In this document: piece by piece, positions 47,277 to 56,968 of the stretch
How the letters are laid out: each line of letters starts with the position of its first letter
How positions within the stretch are numbered: position 1 is the first letter of the stretch
Virus record (IMG/VR): IMGVR_UViG_3300007512_001547
Coordinates: 73,584 to 137,583 of that record
DNA from: a virus
Direction: 5' to 3' (one strand)
DNA: 64,000 bases
Position numbers and translations under genes: made by a program
The notes under the pieces: generated by a model
Seen by the model: the letters and a program-made list of their open reading frames with translations, nothing else
Databases searched by the model: none
What the model was told of the DNA's origin: nothing

Positions 47277-48555
47277 ATTTGTCAAATAATTCTTTCCATT
47301 CTGGAAACGTATCAGTAAACGTTTCGTCTCTAATTTTATCATATTTCTTTGTTTCTCTGAAAAACAATTCAAGTTTATCTGTTTTATCTCTTCTAAAAAG
47401 ATAATCCAAAGCACTTTCATATCCTTTAGTTGCACGAGTAAGATGATCTTGTGCTTTTAACCATTCTATATGTTTTTCGTATTTTTCTTTTATTTGTTGC
47501 TTAAATTCTTCTGGCAAAAGATCCATACGTTGCCATAACGGAAACTGCAATAAATTAAAATTAAAATCTTGTGGTTTAATCAATCCTTGCTCTACCCAAT
47601 TCTTATGAAAATCTACAACGTGTAATGCATTTACTAATCCTACTGTTGAACTAATATAAAAATCAACTTGTGGACAAACTACTAACATACGTTTTCTATT
47701 TGCTACAATATCTTTCCATACAGTTCCTTTACGCATTAATTCTGCTCTTGGTCCTTCTGCATCTAAACTTGCTCCTATAGATACTGAATCAAATTTATTC
47801 CATAATTCAAATATATCTGTACCTTTAAATTTGGACTTACTAAAATTTGTATTATAAATTAACCTAACATGATACATTTTACGTTTGTCTAATTCTTTTA
47901 AAATTCTTAGATGTTCTTCCATTATAATTGGTTCACCACCAGCAAAATAAAACTGTTCCACATGATCAAATTGTTCTAATAATTGATCCCATATATCATT
48001 AGAAGTCCTACCAACTTTCATAATTTTTGCATGGGGTGGTGGACTACCTGTTAATTTTTTGTGATCTTCGTACCAATTAGAACTAAACCATGTACCACAA
48101 CTTCTACAAGCCATGTTACACAAATTACTAAAACGTATATCCCAATATTTTATTACAAAGTCTGCTGAACCATCTGACTGTGTAGTATTAACCATATCAA
48201 TATTATGTCCAAAATGTTTGTTTGAACTTAAACGTAAACTAAAGAATCCAGATTTTTCTTGATCATAACACTTAAAACATTCACGTGATGGTTTGTTTGC
48301 TAACATATTCAAACGCATTTGTTTCATTTTATCACCATTCCAAACTTCAGCCATTGATTGTTTATTAAGATCACCAACTGGCAATTTGTCTAAAGCAAAA
48401 CAACAAGAATATGCTCTGCCATCTGGAAATGCGTGAAGGTGCATCCATGGCAACATACAAAAATTGTCACTTTCTATTAATAACTCCTTTTGTTTAGGAG
48501 TCATATCTTTTATTTTTAATTTCTCAGGCTCTTTTGCTCCGTACTCATATGCCAC
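47263..48555 (-). CDS. N-terminal twitch-domain radical SAM protein (copy 8)
   Basis: GTG start; FCMLPW...SCC...CFKCY..E..SLR; NLCNMACRSC; AGGEP. Confidence 0.93.
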   Translation of the reverse strand: MAYEYGAKEPEKLKIKDMTPKQKELLIESDNFCMLPWMHLHAFPDGRAYSCCFALDKLPVGDLNKQSMAEVWNGDKMKQMRLNMLANKPSRECFKCYDQEKSGFFSLRLSSNKHFGHNIDMVNTTQSDGSADFVIKYWDIRFSNLCNMACRSCGTWFSSNWYEDHKKLTGSPPPHAKIMKVGRTSNDIWDQLLEQFDHVEQFYFAGGEPIIMEEHLRILKELDKRKMYHVRLIYNTNFSKSKFKGTDIFELWNKFDSVSIGASLDAEGPRAELMRKGTVWKDIVANRKRMLVVCPQVDFYISSTVGLVNALHVVDFHKNWVEQGLIKPQDFNFNLLQFPLWQRMDLLPEEFKQQIKEKYEKHIEWLKAQDHLTRATKGYESALDYLFRRDKTDKLELFFRETKKYDKIRDETFTDTFPEWKELFDKYEKN

Positions 48556-49888
48556 GATACCATTCTCCTATTATTGGGAAAGTTTTTTCAAAATCTTTTC
48601 CTCTTCGTTTGTCATATTGACTATAAAATAACTTAAAGTCTTTTTGTAATTTTTCTCTTGCGGCCGCTCCAGCGTGTGGTGTTTTAACAACATCTAAATA
48701 ATCAATTAATCTTTGTGTATGATTAATTTCCATTTCTTCTAAATGTTGTTGATTATTTTTTAAAAATTTTTCAATATCCCCTTTAAACTTATTACGTAAA
48801 TCATCTGGCAATACCAAAGGTGATTGAAAACTTGGAAACCTTAAAATATTAAGTGTATAATTTATTGTTGGTCCGTAAATCTTACTTGCATTTTTTAACC
48901 ATACAATTTTTTCTAAAAATTCAGCCAGTGATTCTAAACACAATGCATTGATTGTACACATATTGTGAATTTCTGCTGGTACTTTATCAACCATCATGTG
49001 TAATACTTGACTATACCAATCTCCATAATTTAATCCGTCTCTAATATATTCTGCTTGTCTAAATGTTGCTTCATTACTAGTGTACAAGTGAAATCTATCA
49101 AAGTTTTTTAATTTCTTTTTAAAACGTTCTATAATATCTTGTTTTGCACCTAAATTAGAATTAATTGCAATACGCATATGAGGATTCATTTTGTGTCCTT
49201 GTGTTTCTATCCAATCTAACAGTCTCCATAAATTAGGCGACATCATAGGTTCACCGCCTGTTATTCTTAATTCATCTAAACTTTTATGCAAATCTGTTTC
49301 CCACCAAGTGTAAAATGCTTCAACATAAGGATTAGTTTCATCTTTTTTATAAGGTTCTGCTGATTCATGACTGTGAGTAAAATGATTTCTTCCGTCTGTT
49401 GTCATATCTGTGTATGGACCTTTTTGTTTAATGTCTCTTGCCCATGTTGTGCTAAATGCAGGATTGCAATAAGAACAAGCAAAATTACAAGTTCTGTCAA
49501 ATGCTATTTCTAATGTTTTTAAATTCCAATCAATTTCGTGACTCTCAGTAAATGCTTCTTCTAAATGACCACTGTCAAATATTTTTGATTTGTATACCCT
49601 ATCTGATATAGCATCTTTGCCAATGTCTTCTATTTTCCAACAATATTCACAACCTGCAGGTCTTTCACCACACTGCATTTGTTTACGTTGCTCCTTCTTT
49701 TGCCATGTATTGTGTATTGCAGATGGATTTGTTTTTATTTCTTCTAAATCTATTTTGTGTGGTAATGGGTGATGACAACTTGTAGTCATACCACTGCCTA
49801 ACCATATAGTTGCATTGAACCATTTAGCACCACAAAAACTTGCTGACTTTGTATCTAATATTTGTTTTTTATATTCTAAATCTTTCAT
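48545..49888 (-). CDS. N-terminal twitch-domain radical SAM protein (copy 9)
   Basis: FCGAKW...SCHH...CEYCW..E..SDR; TCNFACSYC; TGGEP. Confidence 0.93.
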   Translation of the reverse strand: MKDLEYKKQILDTKSASFCGAKWFNATIWLGSGMTTSCHHPLPHKIDLEEIKTNPSAIHNTWQKKEQRKQMQCGERPAGCEYCWKIEDIGKDAISDRVYKSKIFDSGHLEEAFTESHEIDWNLKTLEIAFDRTCNFACSYCNPAFSTTWARDIKQKGPYTDMTTDGRNHFTHSHESAEPYKKDETNPYVEAFYTWWETDLHKSLDELRITGGEPMMSPNLWRLLDWIETQGHKMNPHMRIAINSNLGAKQDIIERFKKKLKNFDRFHLYTSNEATFRQAEYIRDGLNYGDWYSQVLHMMVDKVPAEIHNMCTINALCLESLAEFLEKIVWLKNASKIYGPTINYTLNILRFPSFQSPLVLPDDLRNKFKGDIEKFLKNNQQHLEEMEINHTQRLIDYLDVVKTPHAGAAAREKLQKDFKLFYSQYDKRRGKDFEKTFPIIGEWYRGI

Positions 49889-51255
49889 GCGTTTTTACAC
49901 TCCTGCCAAAATTCTGACATTTCTGGGAATACTGTTTCAAAGTTTGTTAAGCGTCTACGATCATGTTCGTTAAAAAATGCGTAAAAGTTCTTTTTAGTTT
50001 GCGTACTAGTGTCTGCATTTTTACGCCAATAAGCTAAATTGCGTAACATTTTTTGAATCTCAAAGTCTTTGAATATGTGTAATCCTTTATCTTCTCCAGA
50101 ATTTTCTCTCATATATTCTATGTTGGCTTCATGTATTGCTTGATATGCCTCAGGCAATAATGTTATCTGTTGCCATGCAGGCTGTCTAAGCAATGGTATA
50201 TCAAACCATACTCGTTGATACGTTTTACTATGTCGTTTTCGTAATTCTAAAATACCTTCTAATAACTTATCCAAACTTGTAACACTAAGATTATTGTATG
50301 TGATTATAAAAGTAACTGAATTACGTACTGGTATACGATCCAAAAATTCATCTACATTATCCCACATACGATTAAATTCTAATCCATTTCTAATATATTC
50401 TGCTTGTTTACCCCATGCATCAACTGAAACAAATTGCATGAAATGTTCAACTTTCTCCTCAATACAGATTTTCTTAACCATATCAAAATATTTGTTTTTT
50501 AATTTGTTATTAGGTGGACACATATTACTGGTTACGTTTAAGTGTAAGTCTTGTTTTGGATTATTAATAACGTATTCAAATACTTTATATGTGTTATTGT
50601 CCATCATAGGTTCACCACCTGTCATACGAAAATGTTTTAAATTTTTATATAATGTAGGCCACCACTTCCAAAAAGCAGTAACATAAGGATTATCTTCTTT
50701 ATGTGGTATTGGACGTTTTCTTCCTTGAAAGTGTTCAGGTGCATTGTGGGGAGGAGATGTTGGATATTGGCCATATACAGCAATCTCCTTCCCCCACGTT
50801 GTCGAGAATTGTGGTGAGCAATAAGAACACTTAAAATTACAAGCATTATTAAAGTTTACTTCCACATATCTCGGTGTCCAACGTTCGTCCATTGGATTTT
50901 GTTTAATTGCTGTAAAGTCTTGCATGGCCCATGGTTCACCAGAACGATAATGTCTATCTGACATTTCGCCTGTGTCTTCCATTTTCCAACAATATGAACA
51001 ACCCTCAGGCCGTTCTCCTTTAAGCATTTGTTGTCTTTGATTTAATTTTTCTGCTGTATTATGTAGTGCCGCAGGATTATCTTCTAATTTTGTTGCATCT
51101 ATTTCATGTAAAGGTGGATGATAGCAACTGTTTGTTAATCCAGTAGGCAAGTGTAATGAAACTTGATTCCATTTTGCCAAACACATAGTTGGTGAAACAT
51201 TATCAAGTAAACTTTTAGCCAACTCTGCATCTGCTTTATAATTACTTGTACTCAC
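49885..51255 (-). CDS. N-terminal twitch-domain radical SAM protein (copy 10)
   Basis: GTG start; MCLAKW...SCYH...CSYCW..E..SDR; ACNFKCSYC; TGGEP. Confidence 0.93.
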   Translation of the reverse strand: MSTSNYKADAELAKSLLDNVSPTMCLAKWNQVSLHLPTGLTNSCYHPPLHEIDATKLEDNPAALHNTAEKLNQRQQMLKGERPEGCSYCWKMEDTGEMSDRHYRSGEPWAMQDFTAIKQNPMDERWTPRYVEVNFNNACNFKCSYCSPQFSTTWGKEIAVYGQYPTSPPHNAPEHFQGRKRPIPHKEDNPYVTAFWKWWPTLYKNLKHFRMTGGEPMMDNNTYKVFEYVINNPKQDLHLNVTSNMCPPNNKLKNKYFDMVKKICIEEKVEHFMQFVSVDAWGKQAEYIRNGLEFNRMWDNVDEFLDRIPVRNSVTFIITYNNLSVTSLDKLLEGILELRKRHSKTYQRVWFDIPLLRQPAWQQITLLPEAYQAIHEANIEYMRENSGEDKGLHIFKDFEIQKMLRNLAYWRKNADTSTQTKKNFYAFFNEHDRRRLTNFETVFPEMSEFWQECKNA

Positions 51256-52141
51256 GGTCTTGTACTCCTGTGTTGAATGGGCGTGGCATTACAAATTTAA
51301 AAAAATTGCTTTGGTCTTCATCAAAATTTTCACAAGGTATATCTATTCTTTGCTTAAGACTATTGCCATATACTTCTAAATCTTCATCTACTTTATCTTC
51401 AACTATACCATTTGCAAATAAATCTGCCATTTTATCTAACTCTCTAATTTGTATAAATTCGGTTGAATCCACAGTAGTTGAATAACAACCCATTCTTGCT
51501 CCTAACATAGCATACTTGCCATACTCAACATCTGCACCTACAGTCATCCACGTGGTTAGTATTCTAAGATTGCTACCTTGTATAACACGCATAAAATTTT
51601 GTGGTGGTATATGTTTACCTTGATTTAAACTCATCTTAACACCTTCTCTATAACCTGCTATCCAAGCCTGTTGTGGTGTTGCATTAATAACAGTAGTTGA
51701 ATAACAATTATGTAAATTTTCATGAGGTACTGTCCAACAAAAATCTATTTCTGCTTTTTCATCTTTTGCGTTTTCGTGTGTTTTCATTTGCAAACAAGTT
51801 TCACGTGGCCATCCTACCAAACCACCATTGCCATATACTAAATTATTAACATTATTTCTTGCTCGCCAACGATGTACGGCTTTTGGATCTGTTTTAGACC
51901 AATCTAAAGTTTGTAATAAAAAACTCTCATCTATAATATTGTCTCCATCAACTGAAATAAAAAAATCTGTTTCTGCTTTTTCTGCCGCGGCTTTGTGTGC
52001 TGAATCAAATCCTTTAACTCCGTCAACACGCTTTGCCCACGGCACTTTGCTTAACAAGTCTGCCCAATTCTCTTCTTTGTTTGGTTCAGCATAACTTATA
52101 AAAACAAAGTCTAAATCCGAGACTCTTACTCTATCCGCCAT
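51242..52141 (-). CDS. GT-A fold glycosyltransferase-like protein
   Basis: DFVFISYAEP, GVKGFDSAHKAAA, SVDGDN (DxD), YGNGGL, AGYREG. Confidence 0.75.
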   Translation of the reverse strand: MADRVRVSDLDFVFISYAEPNKEENWADLLSKVPWAKRVDGVKGFDSAHKAAAEKAETDFFISVDGDNIIDESFLLQTLDWSKTDPKAVHRWRARNNVNNLVYGNGGLVGWPRETCLQMKTHENAKDEKAEIDFCWTVPHENLHNCYSTTVINATPQQAWIAGYREGVKMSLNQGKHIPPQNFMRVIQGSNLRILTTWMTVGADVEYGKYAMLGARMGCYSTTVDSTEFIQIRELDKMADLFANGIVEDKVDEDLEVYGNSLKQRIDIPCENFDEDQSNFFKFVMPRPFNTGVQDREYK

Positions 52142-52422
52142 ACATACCCTTCCTTACCAATATTTTTAACCCAAAAAGGATTTTTTTTATAAAATTTAAC
52201 TCCGTTATCTGCCTTATGCATTAATGGTTGTCGCTGTTCTACAGGTATACGTTTTTTTCTTACAACTTCTCCTTTTTTCCACGTATAATTTTCCTCACCT
52301 GCTCTTGTTATTTCTAAATAACGTTCTAATGTTACAACTATACTTTGACCTTCGATAGTAACCACGTGAGGTTGTCTTTCTTTTGGCTTAAAATTTTCTA
52401 ATGCTTCAAAAAATCCTGGCAT
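52126..52422 (-). CDS. Hypothetical protein
   Basis: 98 aa, overlaps both neighbours. Confidence 0.65.
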   Translation of the reverse strand: MPGFFEALENFKPKERQPHVVTIEGQSIVVTLERYLEITRAGEENYTWKKGEVVRKKRIPVEQRQPLMHKADNGVKFYKKNPFWVKNIGKEGYVWRIE

Positions 52423-53206
52423 TTAATTCCTCTGGTAATGATTTGTTATAATAATGAAATATTCTTGATTGCTTATATCCACCTACATAAACTTTTTCAT
52501 CTATTTGCATTGGATATAGATATTGATCGTTAATAAATGCTTGGGTTAATCCATTTATTGCATTTTTATTATGCATAAAATTAAACCAATCATATTTTAT
52601 ACGTAATTCATTTAATGGATCTTGTATTTTAAGTGCAAGAGCATATACAACATCTGTTGATGATTGCTCATCATGACAATTTATTAAAAATTTATTCCGT
52701 ACAACAGGCCAATTTAACATAATGCCTTTACATAAATTATAAAATGTTTGTGCTTGTCTACTTTTTCTAAAATAAGTTAATCCGTTATATACATCTGGCA
52801 AATTATTTGTAACAAATAATTTTCTATAAGGTGTATGTTCAATAATTGTGTCTCTATAACATCTTACATGATAAGAAAAAACCATATTATGTTGATGCAA
52901 ATAATTCCACCACCAATCTGTGTTACTTGTAAACAACATATCAGCTTCTAATTTAATTGTGTGCTTAAAAGGTGTTAAATTAAAAACTTGCCATTCGTTG
53001 TTTAACTTCCATTCCTGATCTTTGCTATAATCTTGTTCTAATACAACTACATGATCAAATTCTTCATGATCAACTAGTTTATCAGTTATAATACATACTT
53101 TATTTTGCCTATTATGCTTTTTAATTGACTTTGCAAGACGTTTACTTAACTCTATATAATCAGTTGTGGAGTTATTCAATGCAAACCAAACATATCCTCT
53201 ATCCAT
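52406..53206 (-). CDS. GT-A fold (GT8-like) nucleotide-diphospho-sugar transferase
   Basis: G.V.FA.N....Y...A..LA.SI pattern, TPFKHTIKLEADML (ExD), YNGLTYFRKS, DVVYALA. Confidence 0.7.
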   Translation of the reverse strand: MDRGYVWFALNNSTTDYIELSKRLAKSIKKHNRQNKVCIITDKLVDHEEFDHVVVLEQDYSKDQEWKLNNEWQVFNLTPFKHTIKLEADMLFTSNTDWWWNYLHQHNMVFSYHVRCYRDTIIEHTPYRKLFVTNNLPDVYNGLTYFRKSRQAQTFYNLCKGIMLNWPVVRNKFLINCHDEQSSTDVVYALALKIQDPLNELRIKYDWFNFMHNKNAINGLTQAFINDQYLYPMQIDEKVYVGGYKQSRIFHYYNKSLPEELNARIF

Positions 53207-53963
53207 TTACAAACTCCTTATCCATAACATGAACATCTTGTTCTTCAACCATATTAACTTTATTATTGTACTTGAATGTTATTGTTTTATCCGACATATC
53301 TAATACATCTACTTCATGTGATATCATAGCCATTGGTGTTGGAATAAAATTTTTATGAGAATTAAATCCATTTAACTGATGTAATGCTATTGCAAAAGCA
53401 AAATCATTTCTATAATTTTTATATTTTATACGATACAAATTTCTATAATGAGCATAGTATTGTTGTATGTGTTGAATTAAATTAAAAACTTGTTCTGCAA
53501 ATACTGATTTACGAAAAATAGTAACCGTTGCCCAAACTATTGGTACTGTTGATTCATTTTTACCTTCAATCATATTTTCACCTGTTAAATCATATACGTT
53601 ATTGTGTAATAAAAAATCATACTTTGTATTTGCATACGTTAATAGATTATTAGTAAAAACAAAGTAATCACAATCCATAAGAATTGTAGTATCATAAGGT
53701 GAGTGTTTGTATGCTAAACTTCTTTCTAAATTATGCCAAGCAATACTTTGACCTCTATAACTTCTTCTATTGCCTACTTTATTATCAACAATCTTGTAAT
53801 TAATCATACCTAAAGGTTTAAACTTTTTGTAAGTTTCAAAATTAGTAACAATAGTAATTTCTAATTTTAGATATTTTCGTATTTGTGCTACACAACGTTC
53901 AGCTAACAAGTGGTAGTTAACTTCAGGCGTATTGAAACAATACATTAATACACCTGTTGTCAT
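53199..53963 (-). CDS. GT-A fold (GT8-like) transferase, paralog of the preceding gene
   Basis: SPYDTTILMDCDYF (DxD), WATVTIFRKS, RNDFAFAIA. Confidence 0.72.
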   Translation of the reverse strand: MTTGVLMYCFNTPEVNYHLLAERCVAQIRKYLKLEITIVTNFETYKKFKPLGMINYKIVDNKVGNRRSYRGQSIAWHNLERSLAYKHSPYDTTILMDCDYFVFTNNLLTYANTKYDFLLHNNVYDLTGENMIEGKNESTVPIVWATVTIFRKSVFAEQVFNLIQHIQQYYAHYRNLYRIKYKNYRNDFAFAIALHQLNGFNSHKNFIPTPMAMISHEVDVLDMSDKTITFKYNNKVNMVEEQDVHVMDKEFVNG

Positions 53964-54280
53964 TTTAACCTTTTATTCTTTAGATCCTCGTGTAGTTGAT
54001 GGTATGAATTTAATGTTTCTTGATTTCTTTCAATCAATATTCTCAAAAATTCATCTGGATCTATTATGTGACACGGATTATCATTAGTATCTAACATATA
54101 AAACTCCTTAGAGTGTGCTTTAAATGTTTGAACTACATTTATGGTATCAGCGTCTGCACGAAATAATCTACCATTGTATGCTATAATCTGTCTGGATTTT
54201 AACTTTTCCAGAGCATTCTTTTTAATTTGGTTTAGATCGTGTGCTAGATCAGAATAGTTTTTGAGAGTGCCAATATCCAT
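53960..54280 (-). CDS. Hypothetical protein, weakly DUF4376/tail-fibre-assembly-like; first gene of the glyco operon
   Basis: 106 aa, YNG..F.AD...LD.NDNP pattern; directly behind a consensus promoter. Confidence 0.6.
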   Translation of the reverse strand: MDIGTLKNYSDLAHDLNQIKKNALEKLKSRQIIAYNGRLFRADADTINVVQTFKAHSKEFYMLDTNDNPCHIIDPDEFLRILIERNQETLNSYHQLHEDLKNKRLK

Positions 54281-54286
54281 AACTGT

Positions 54287-54315
54287 ATTATACAGTTAAT
54301 TATGGACTGTGTCAA
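54287..54315 (-). promoter_or_regulatory. Perfect-consensus sigma70 promoter, leaderless, overlapped by a 19-bp palindrome
   Basis: Minus strand TTGACA-N17-TATAAT, ATG 6 nt downstream; TAACTGTAT-T-ATACAGTTA at 54280-54298. Confidence 0.8.
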
Positions 54316-54334
54316 TGTGGTAAAATGTTTTTTA

Positions 54335-55303
54335 TTATGATGTAGTATTAGATACTGTTGCGTCAGATGAAATAGCACCAACTGAAGCCAACCCTTGTGC
54401 AGTTGTTGGATTCACTGTATGTAATGCAACGTCTGTTACACCAATATAGTTTGCATATTGATCAACACCTGATGTATTACCATCAGTAAATGTTCCGTCA
54501 CCGGTATCTGGATCAAAAGTTTCCCACTTCATTGTTACCGTTACTGCTGAAGCTACTGCGGCATCTAATTTTGCCGAAATTTGAACATACATTGATGTAT
54601 ATGTTCCTGAAGATTGTGTAAGTTTTAATAATACTGTATAACCAGTACCTAAGTCATAAAGACCATTTGATAATCCGTTAGTTGTTACAGTTTCACCTGA
54701 ACCTGATCTAGTTGATGTTTGTGATTTAAGATCAAAGTTACCTATTGCTGTAATCATTTCGTCAACTGAACTATCTTTTGAAGTTGCTGAACTACCACCG
54801 TTACCAGTTCTAGTCATTTTCAATCTCATAGTTCCACCTGCGTTAAAAAACCATCTTAATTGATTGTTATTAGCAAATGTTATTGAATGTTCTACTACGT
54901 GCGAAGTATTCCATCTTCCTGATGCCGCCGCACTTTCTAATTCTGCACTTTCTGATATTGCTGTTGCTGACGTAGATCCGCCTGCAACTTCAGCCGCTAA
55001 AGATGCCAAGTCTGCCACTAATGCTGATTTAATTGCAATAGTGTCACCTGCTGATCTTGCCGCTGTTGAAGTTAATGTGTCATTTGTATGATTTGCAATA
55101 TTATCCATACCTGTAAACAAGGAATTCCATTCTGCCGCTGTAATTGTATCACCTGCTACGTTAGTTGCTATTGCTGTTTGTCCTAATCCATAATTTAACG
55201 CACCAGTTCCTGCGAAGTGGTTGTATCCGTATGGTGAACTTGATGAATTTACAAAAGTATTATACTCGTCATCTAAAATTTTTTCGCCTACTACATATCC
55301 CAT
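54335..55303 (-). CDS. Virion structural protein (tail/baseplate-associated)
   Basis: 322 aa Ser/Thr/Gly/Ala-rich; repeated G.TITA.EW..L motif and FFNAGG; lies in the tail gene block. Confidence 0.7.
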   Translation of the reverse strand: MGYVVGEKILDDEYNTFVNSSSSPYGYNHFAGTGALNYGLGQTAIATNVAGDTITAAEWNSLFTGMDNIANHTNDTLTSTAARSAGDTIAIKSALVADLASLAAEVAGGSTSATAISESAELESAAASGRWNTSHVVEHSITFANNNQLRWFFNAGGTMRLKMTRTGNGGSSATSKDSSVDEMITAIGNFDLKSQTSTRSGSGETVTTNGLSNGLYDLGTGYTVLLKLTQSSGTYTSMYVQISAKLDAAVASAVTVTMKWETFDPDTGDGTFTDGNTSGVDQYANYIGVTDVALHTVNPTTAQGLASVGAISSDATVSNTTS

Positions 55304-55307
55304 ATTG

Positions 55308-56957
55308 CTATTTAACTCCTATCACACATTCTGTTAATGTTGTTTCTTCGTTGTATTTAGCCTTCAACAGTCTTCCTAGTACATTAAACGTGGTACACTC
55401 ATCTAAATTAGCTACTTTAGCTAAACCATTGCCTGCTGATACTATACGATCCCCTGCTTGTCCTGTACCTTGTAATTTAACAAATACTCGTCCTTTTAAT
55501 GCTATCATTGGGTGTGATTGGTTGTTTCCTGCTTGAGCATTCATCAAAAATGCTGGACTATCACTTACTACACCAAAAACATTGTTGCATAATTCTTTAT
55601 TACATTTTGTAATTTCTTCTGAACCACCTAACATTACAACGTCACCTGCTTCTAATGGCATATCTGAAGCATAACGCTCGGCCAAATCAGCGTATTGTGC
55701 CGCTGTTGATGTTGCGTGTACTACATTGGCTCGTATATCTACTAAAGTTGCGGCTGATAATTCGTCATCTCCGCCACCTGATTTAAATGCTGTCCAGGCT
55801 CCGCCTGCATTTCCATAAATTGTTGTACCATCATCTGCAAAAGTTTCATCCCAAACCCAAAATAAGTCTTGTTCAGTAGCAGAAGATGTTTCTCCTCTGT
55901 TTACTTTTAATCCTGTATAACTTGGCATACCTGCGTTTGAAGATATGTTTCTGTTTAATTCTATAATATTGTCTTCAACTGTTAATGTTGATACGTTAGT
56001 TGTAACTGAATCTCCATCAACTATTAAATTTCCTTTAACTCTTAAATCACCTACTGATGGCAGTTCTAATCTTCCTGTATCACCATCTAAAGTCATTAAT
56101 GTAGTTGTTGCACCACCGTCATTTACTGTAAAAATAATATCTTTGTTTGATGTTGTGTTTGCAATGGTTAAATTATCACTTGACATTGTGAAAGTTACAT
56201 CTGAACCTGCACCTAAAGTTAATGCGGCTCCATCAACTAGCAATCCTAATGTACCTGTTGATGTATCATTTGCGTTTGATCTAAGATAGTTTGCCGCCGC
56301 AACTCCACCTAATGCATCTGAGTCTGTGGAAGTTCCTCTAAATTTTGCTGATGAAACTGTTGATGATAATTGTAAACCTTGTGCAACTGTTGAGAAACCT
56401 GCGGCCGCTAATGCCACTGCATTTGTTTCTGAACTTGACGGTGTAAATGCTAAATTAGAAGCAACTGCAATTACGGCATCGTTTGCAACTAATTTTAAAA
56501 TTGATCTATTAACGCCTGTGTTGTCTTGTACTGTTTCTGGTACAACATTTGTTACGCCTGATCCAGCAGTCGAAGTTGGACCAACAAGTACCCAAGCAGA
56601 TCCTGAATGAACATATAATTGTGAATTTGTTGTATCAAACCACATATCACCTTGTACTGCATTGGTTGGTGACGTTGTTGAGTTTGTTGATGACCCTACT
56701 GGTTTCCATTTTGAACCTGTATAAACATTAATTTGTTTATTTGTTTGGTCATACCAAAGTTGACCTGTAATTTTGTTTGAAGGAGCTGATGTATTATTAA
56801 AGTTTTCTAAAAGTTTTACAAGATTTTCGTTTAACTTCTCACCAAATCCTGCATACCCTTTTCCTATGAGTGTAAGATCCGTAGTAGCGGTATCAATTGT
56901 ACCATCTGCTAAAGTGACCAATAAGGTCCCGAATGTATTGTTAATCTTATACGCCAT
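55308..56957 (-). CDS. Tail fibre/appendage protein with a C-terminal intramolecular-chaperone (peptidase G2-like) domain
   Basis: N-terminus shared with 59257 and 60680; C-terminal YADLAERY...GVVS..P...ALKGRV.V...GDRIV. Confidence 0.8.
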   Translation of the reverse strand: MAYKINNTFGTLLVTLADGTIDTATTDLTLIGKGYAGFGEKLNENLVKLLENFNNTSAPSNKITGQLWYDQTNKQINVYTGSKWKPVGSSTNSTTSPTNAVQGDMWFDTTNSQLYVHSGSAWVLVGPTSTAGSGVTNVVPETVQDNTGVNRSILKLVANDAVIAVASNLAFTPSSSETNAVALAAAGFSTVAQGLQLSSTVSSAKFRGTSTDSDALGGVAAANYLRSNANDTSTGTLGLLVDGAALTLGAGSDVTFTMSSDNLTIANTTSNKDIIFTVNDGGATTTLMTLDGDTGRLELPSVGDLRVKGNLIVDGDSVTTNVSTLTVEDNIIELNRNISSNAGMPSYTGLKVNRGETSSATEQDLFWVWDETFADDGTTIYGNAGGAWTAFKSGGGDDELSAATLVDIRANVVHATSTAAQYADLAERYASDMPLEAGDVVMLGGSEEITKCNKELCNNVFGVVSDSPAFLMNAQAGNNQSHPMIALKGRVFVKLQGTGQAGDRIVSAGNGLAKVANLDECTTFNVLGRLLKAKYNEETTLTECVIGVK

Positions 56958-56968
56958 ATATATATATA

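Noticed and set aside
54283-54295. LexA/SOS box (CTGT...ACAG)
   Set aside because: Spacing is CTGT-N5-ACAG rather than the N8 of the gammaproteobacterial box; kept only as a generic palindrome.
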